Source: a virus
Length of the DNA: 64,000 nt
Virus record (IMG/VR): IMGVR_UViG_3300033004_000001
Coordinates: 1-64,000 of that record
Strand: one strand, 5' to 3'
Both the position numbers and the translations under genes were made by a program. Below are positions 61,454 through 64,000 of the stretch, one piece after another; position 1 is the first letter of the stretch; every line of letters begins with the position of its first letter. Under the pieces are notes generated by a model. The model worked only from the letters and a program-made list of their open reading frames with translations. It was not told where the DNA came from and made no database searches.

Positions 61454-61950
61454 TATATCTTAGACTGTATTAATTCTATACATTGATCTATCTGTTTTTG
61501 GTTCTTTGGTAAATATAGATCAAATTTGATATTATTATCAGTTAGATATTTTTTAAATAATTTCCATCTTAGTGGAAATTGATCATTAGGTCTACCTTTT
61601 GTTTCTATAATCCATTCATTACCTACAAAATCTGGAGTATAGGATATATATTTTATTTTATTTGTTCTTTTTGATAATAAATCTCCTCTTCTTTTATTAG
61701 GTTCATATGATAGATTATCAAAAGTAAATGGATTTACAATTATATATTTTCTTTTAGTATATTCAAATTGTAATCCTGATTCTACTAATTTCTTATAGCA
61801 GTATATTTCTAGTTTACTATCAAACAATATTCCATTATATTCTACTTTAGCAGAGTTAACCTTTTTAACTTTTTTCTTAGTTCTAGATTTAGAACTAACA
61901 CCTTGTAATACTTTAACAACTTTTTGTAGGTGTTTCTCTTTCTTTGTCAT
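61453..61950 (-). CDS. PD-(D/E)XK endonuclease (T7 endonuclease I/DUF1064-like)
   Basis: FDSKLE, YTPDF, IIETKG. Confidence 0.85.
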   Translation of the reverse strand: MTKKEKHLQKVVKVLQGVSSKSRTKKKVKKVNSAKVEYNGILFDSKLEIYCYKKLVESGLQFEYTKRKYIIVNPFTFDNLSYEPNKRRGDLLSKRTNKIKYISYTPDFVGNEWIIETKGRPNDQFPLRWKLFKKYLTDNNIKFDLYLPKNQKQIDQCIELIQSKI

Positions 61951-62914
61951 TTAACAACTCTTTCATTAACTTCTTTCCTTCATCTAATCCAAATTGTTTG
62001 ACATAATCTGATATATCTTTATAATTAGTATAAGGAATAAAGATAGTAGGAATAGTATATTTATTACTTAATTTATTACTACCTATCTTACCACCTTCAT
62101 CGTTGTCATAGAATATAACTATTTTATTATATCTTTTCTTAATATTGTCTATAATACATTTAGGAATTAAATGATTTTCTCCATGTGGAGCAATTGCATT
62201 ATATCCTATCTTATGTAGAACCATTACATCTTTTAATGACTTAGTAATAATTAATAGTTCACCTTGATATTCTAATTGTTCATAACCTTGAATATCGTAT
62301 GAACTACAATTACTAATCCATTTATCTTTTTTAGCTGCTAATGGTTTATATATTTTATATTTGTTATATATCTGATAAGCATACCCTGGATTTACTCTAT
62401 TATAGGCCCAAGGTTGAACGATCTCGTTAATCCAATACAATTCTATTGGAAACACATTAAAGTGTCTTAAATCGCTTCTTTCTAGACAATACTGATTCCA
62501 GTAGTTATCATCTATTTTACAGAAGTTTCTTCTACAAACTGATATAATAGTTGATATAGATTCATATTCTTCTTTAATAGATATTCCTTCTACGGAGTTA
62601 ACTAGATTATTGTTTGTTAAATCATTAAGTATTTTTACTAATGATTCTCTGTATGATATATTAAATAATTCTTGTACAAACTGAACACAATTACCAGTTT
62701 TTCCAGTTGATAGATCTTTGTATAATAACGATCCGTATTTAGAACTTTTAAATATTCCAAATGATGGGTGATTATCTTCTCTAAATGGAGATTTCATTAT
62801 TCGACCAATTCTGAAAGAATTGCTGATATAATATTTATATATATCATATTCTGTAATCTTTTCTAGTATACTATCTATAGATAGTTCTTCATCTGTTAAT
62901 CTTGTATCATACAT
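61913..62914 (-). CDS. dnaG: DNA primase (crAss-type DnaG, Toprim)
   Basis: SPFREDNHPSF, GNCVQFV, LIITKSLKDVM, FYDND, KDISD. Confidence 0.88.
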   Translation of the reverse strand: MYDTRLTDEELSIDSILEKITEYDIYKYYISNSFRIGRIMKSPFREDNHPSFGIFKSSKYGSLLYKDLSTGKTGNCVQFVQELFNISYRESLVKILNDLTNNNLVNSVEGISIKEEYESISTIISVCRRNFCKIDDNYWNQYCLERSDLRHFNVFPIELYWINEIVQPWAYNRVNPGYAYQIYNKYKIYKPLAAKKDKWISNCSSYDIQGYEQLEYQGELLIITKSLKDVMVLHKIGYNAIAPHGENHLIPKCIIDNIKKRYNKIVIFYDNDEGGKIGSNKLSNKYTIPTIFIPYTNYKDISDYVKQFGLDEGKKLMKELLNDKERETPTKSC

Positions 62915-63249
62915 TCTTCATTTGTTAATACAGATATTATTCTCTTGTTTTGTATATCTCTTTTCTTATATTCTTCTAACTCTTTAGTTAGTTTCTCTAC
63001 CTTTTTCTTTAGATTACGAGATTCCCCAGTTACAGTAGCTACTGTGCCTTGCATTTTTTTAAGTGTACTTTCATGTTCATTCTTTAGTTTCATTAATTCA
63101 TTTTTACGTATTGATGAAACATGCCAAGTCAAACATTTTGTACATAAATATGCTTCTATTGGAATTACTCTCCTTTTAGATGTATTCTTAAGTTTTTCTA
63201 TAAAATCTAAAGCGTATTGTTCGTTTATAAATGACGTCTTCTTGCACAT
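62896..63249 (-). CDS. Zn-finger plus coiled-coil protein
   Basis: N-terminal C, Y.CTKC..WH. Confidence 0.65.
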   Translation of the reverse strand: MCKKTSFINEQYALDFIEKLKNTSKRRVIPIEAYLCTKCLTWHVSSIRKNELMKLKNEHESTLKKMQGTVATVTGESRNLKKKVEKLTKELEEYKKRDIQNKRIISVLTNEECMIQD

Positions 63250-63255
63250 AATCTG

Positions 63256-63282
63256 AAAAATAAAGGGCTATATTTCAAGCCC
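63256..63282 (-). terminator. Intrinsic terminator
   Basis: Minus strand GGGCT-tgaaatat-AGCCC-TTTATTTTT. Confidence 0.7.
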
Positions 63283-63294
63283 CGGAAGTATATG

Positions 63295-63789
63295 TTAATT
63301 AAATTTAGGATCTCTAATTAATAATTTATCTTCTATAACTTCATCAAATTTTATATTAGAAGATACATATTCTTGTTCTTTTTCATTTATATAATATTTA
63401 GATCCTTTAGGAATATAGAATCTAACTAGTACTCTATTTTCAGAATCATTAATATCAATATAACAAATCATACTAAGTAATCCTCTTGAACTAGTAAGAT
63501 TAGAATATGCTTTATTTATATTAGTATAAGAATGATATCCTTCTTCTATAGTTCCTGTTATAGTAGACTTTTTTTCGTTATTAATCCATGTACTACCAAG
63601 TTTTATTTCCAAATTAATTTCTGGTTGAGTAGTGGTTGTGTTATATTCATAGTCTCTACTATTACTAATTATTTTACCTTTACTATTTTTTCTTACTATT
63701 TTATAACATACTATATCTTCTTCTGCTATCAAGGGTTTAGGTAAATTAAATTTAACTTCTACTGGAATATCTGTAATATTAAAACACAT
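63295..63789 (-). CDS. Hypothetical protein of a family common in Bacteroidota phages
   Basis: IVCYK, EEGYHSY, IPKGSKYY, YVS motifs. Confidence 0.7.
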   Translation of the reverse strand: MCFNITDIPVEVKFNLPKPLIAEEDIVCYKIVRKNSKGKIISNSRDYEYNTTTTQPEINLEIKLGSTWINNEKKSTITGTIEEGYHSYTNINKAYSNLTSSRGLLSMICYIDINDSENRVLVRFYIPKGSKYYINEKEQEYVSSNIKFDEVIEDKLLIRDPKFN

Positions 63790-63807
63790 AACTTAAATTT
63801 TTAAGAT

Positions 63808-63841
63808 TATAAAGATTCCCCTCCTTTCAGAGGGGAAATCT
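63808..63841 (-). terminator. Intrinsic terminator after SSB
   Basis: AGATT(T)CCCCTC / GAGGGGAATCT inverted repeat followed by T-rich run on minus strand. Confidence 0.75.
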
Positions 63842-63863
63842 GAAGATATATATTGTTCTAATT

Positions 63864-64000
63864 TTAGAACGGACTTTCATTTGTTAATACTGGAGCTGTA
63901 AATCCTGCTTCAGCAAAAGGATTTGTTACAGATGGAATTGGATCTGAAACTGGTCTAGTCATCTTATCTATTGATAAGATCTTTATCTTAGATTTCTTAA
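63864..64000 (-). CDS. C-terminal end of probable single-stranded DNA-binding protein
   Basis: ...SKIKILSIDKMTR...NESPF-stop; disordered tail ending in PF, upstream of primase. Confidence 0.6.
   Translation of the reverse strand, partial: KKSKIKILSIDKMTRPVSDPIPSVTNPFAEAGFTAPVLTNESPF

Noticed and set aside
61913-62914. Primase lacking the Zn-binding Cys residues and with KS in place of the Toprim EG
   Set aside because: As I recall, this is the usual state of crAss-type primases rather than a peculiarity of this genome.
1-64000. tRNA genes, CRISPR arrays, DGR template/variable repeats, invertible shufflon repeats
   Set aside because: No cloverleaf with T-loop consensus, regular repeat-spacer pattern, reverse transcriptase or recombinase was seen by eye; a computational scan is needed to exclude short ones.

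Overview
AT-rich (roughly 28-30% GC by eye) segment of a Crassvirales (crAss-like) phage genome read in the standard genetic code, probably infecting a Bacteroidota host (A-rich leaders, no Shine-Dalgarno sites). It opens at a divergent strand switch (~90-250). The + strand then carries small early/middle ORFs, the conserved packaging/head block (HU-like, putative TerS, TerL, portal, scaffold-like, MCP, ring proteins), tail/fibre/lysis genes, muzzle, and the ejected cargo proteins including a 4047-aa virion RNA polymerase. After a convergent terminator (~58.05 kb) come minus-strand replication genes (AAA ATPase, two PD-(D/E)XK nucleases, primase, SSB C-terminus). Best candidates for novelty: (1) a translationally coupled three-gene cassette (pyruvoyl decarboxylase lacking the SAM-binding residues, HExxE metalloprotein, PurD-like ATP-grasp ligase) inserted directly behind the virion RNAP; (2) that RNAP keeps DxDxD but appears to have lost the NTP 2'-OH-sensing Arg (RxP to YIP) and gained a Lys next to the aspartates; (3) two multi-stem structured ncRNA candidates; (4) a recurrent ECF-sigma-like promoter; (5) a glycosyltransferase/methyltransferase pair in the virion module. 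All calls come from motif recognition and synteny by eye; no searches were run.
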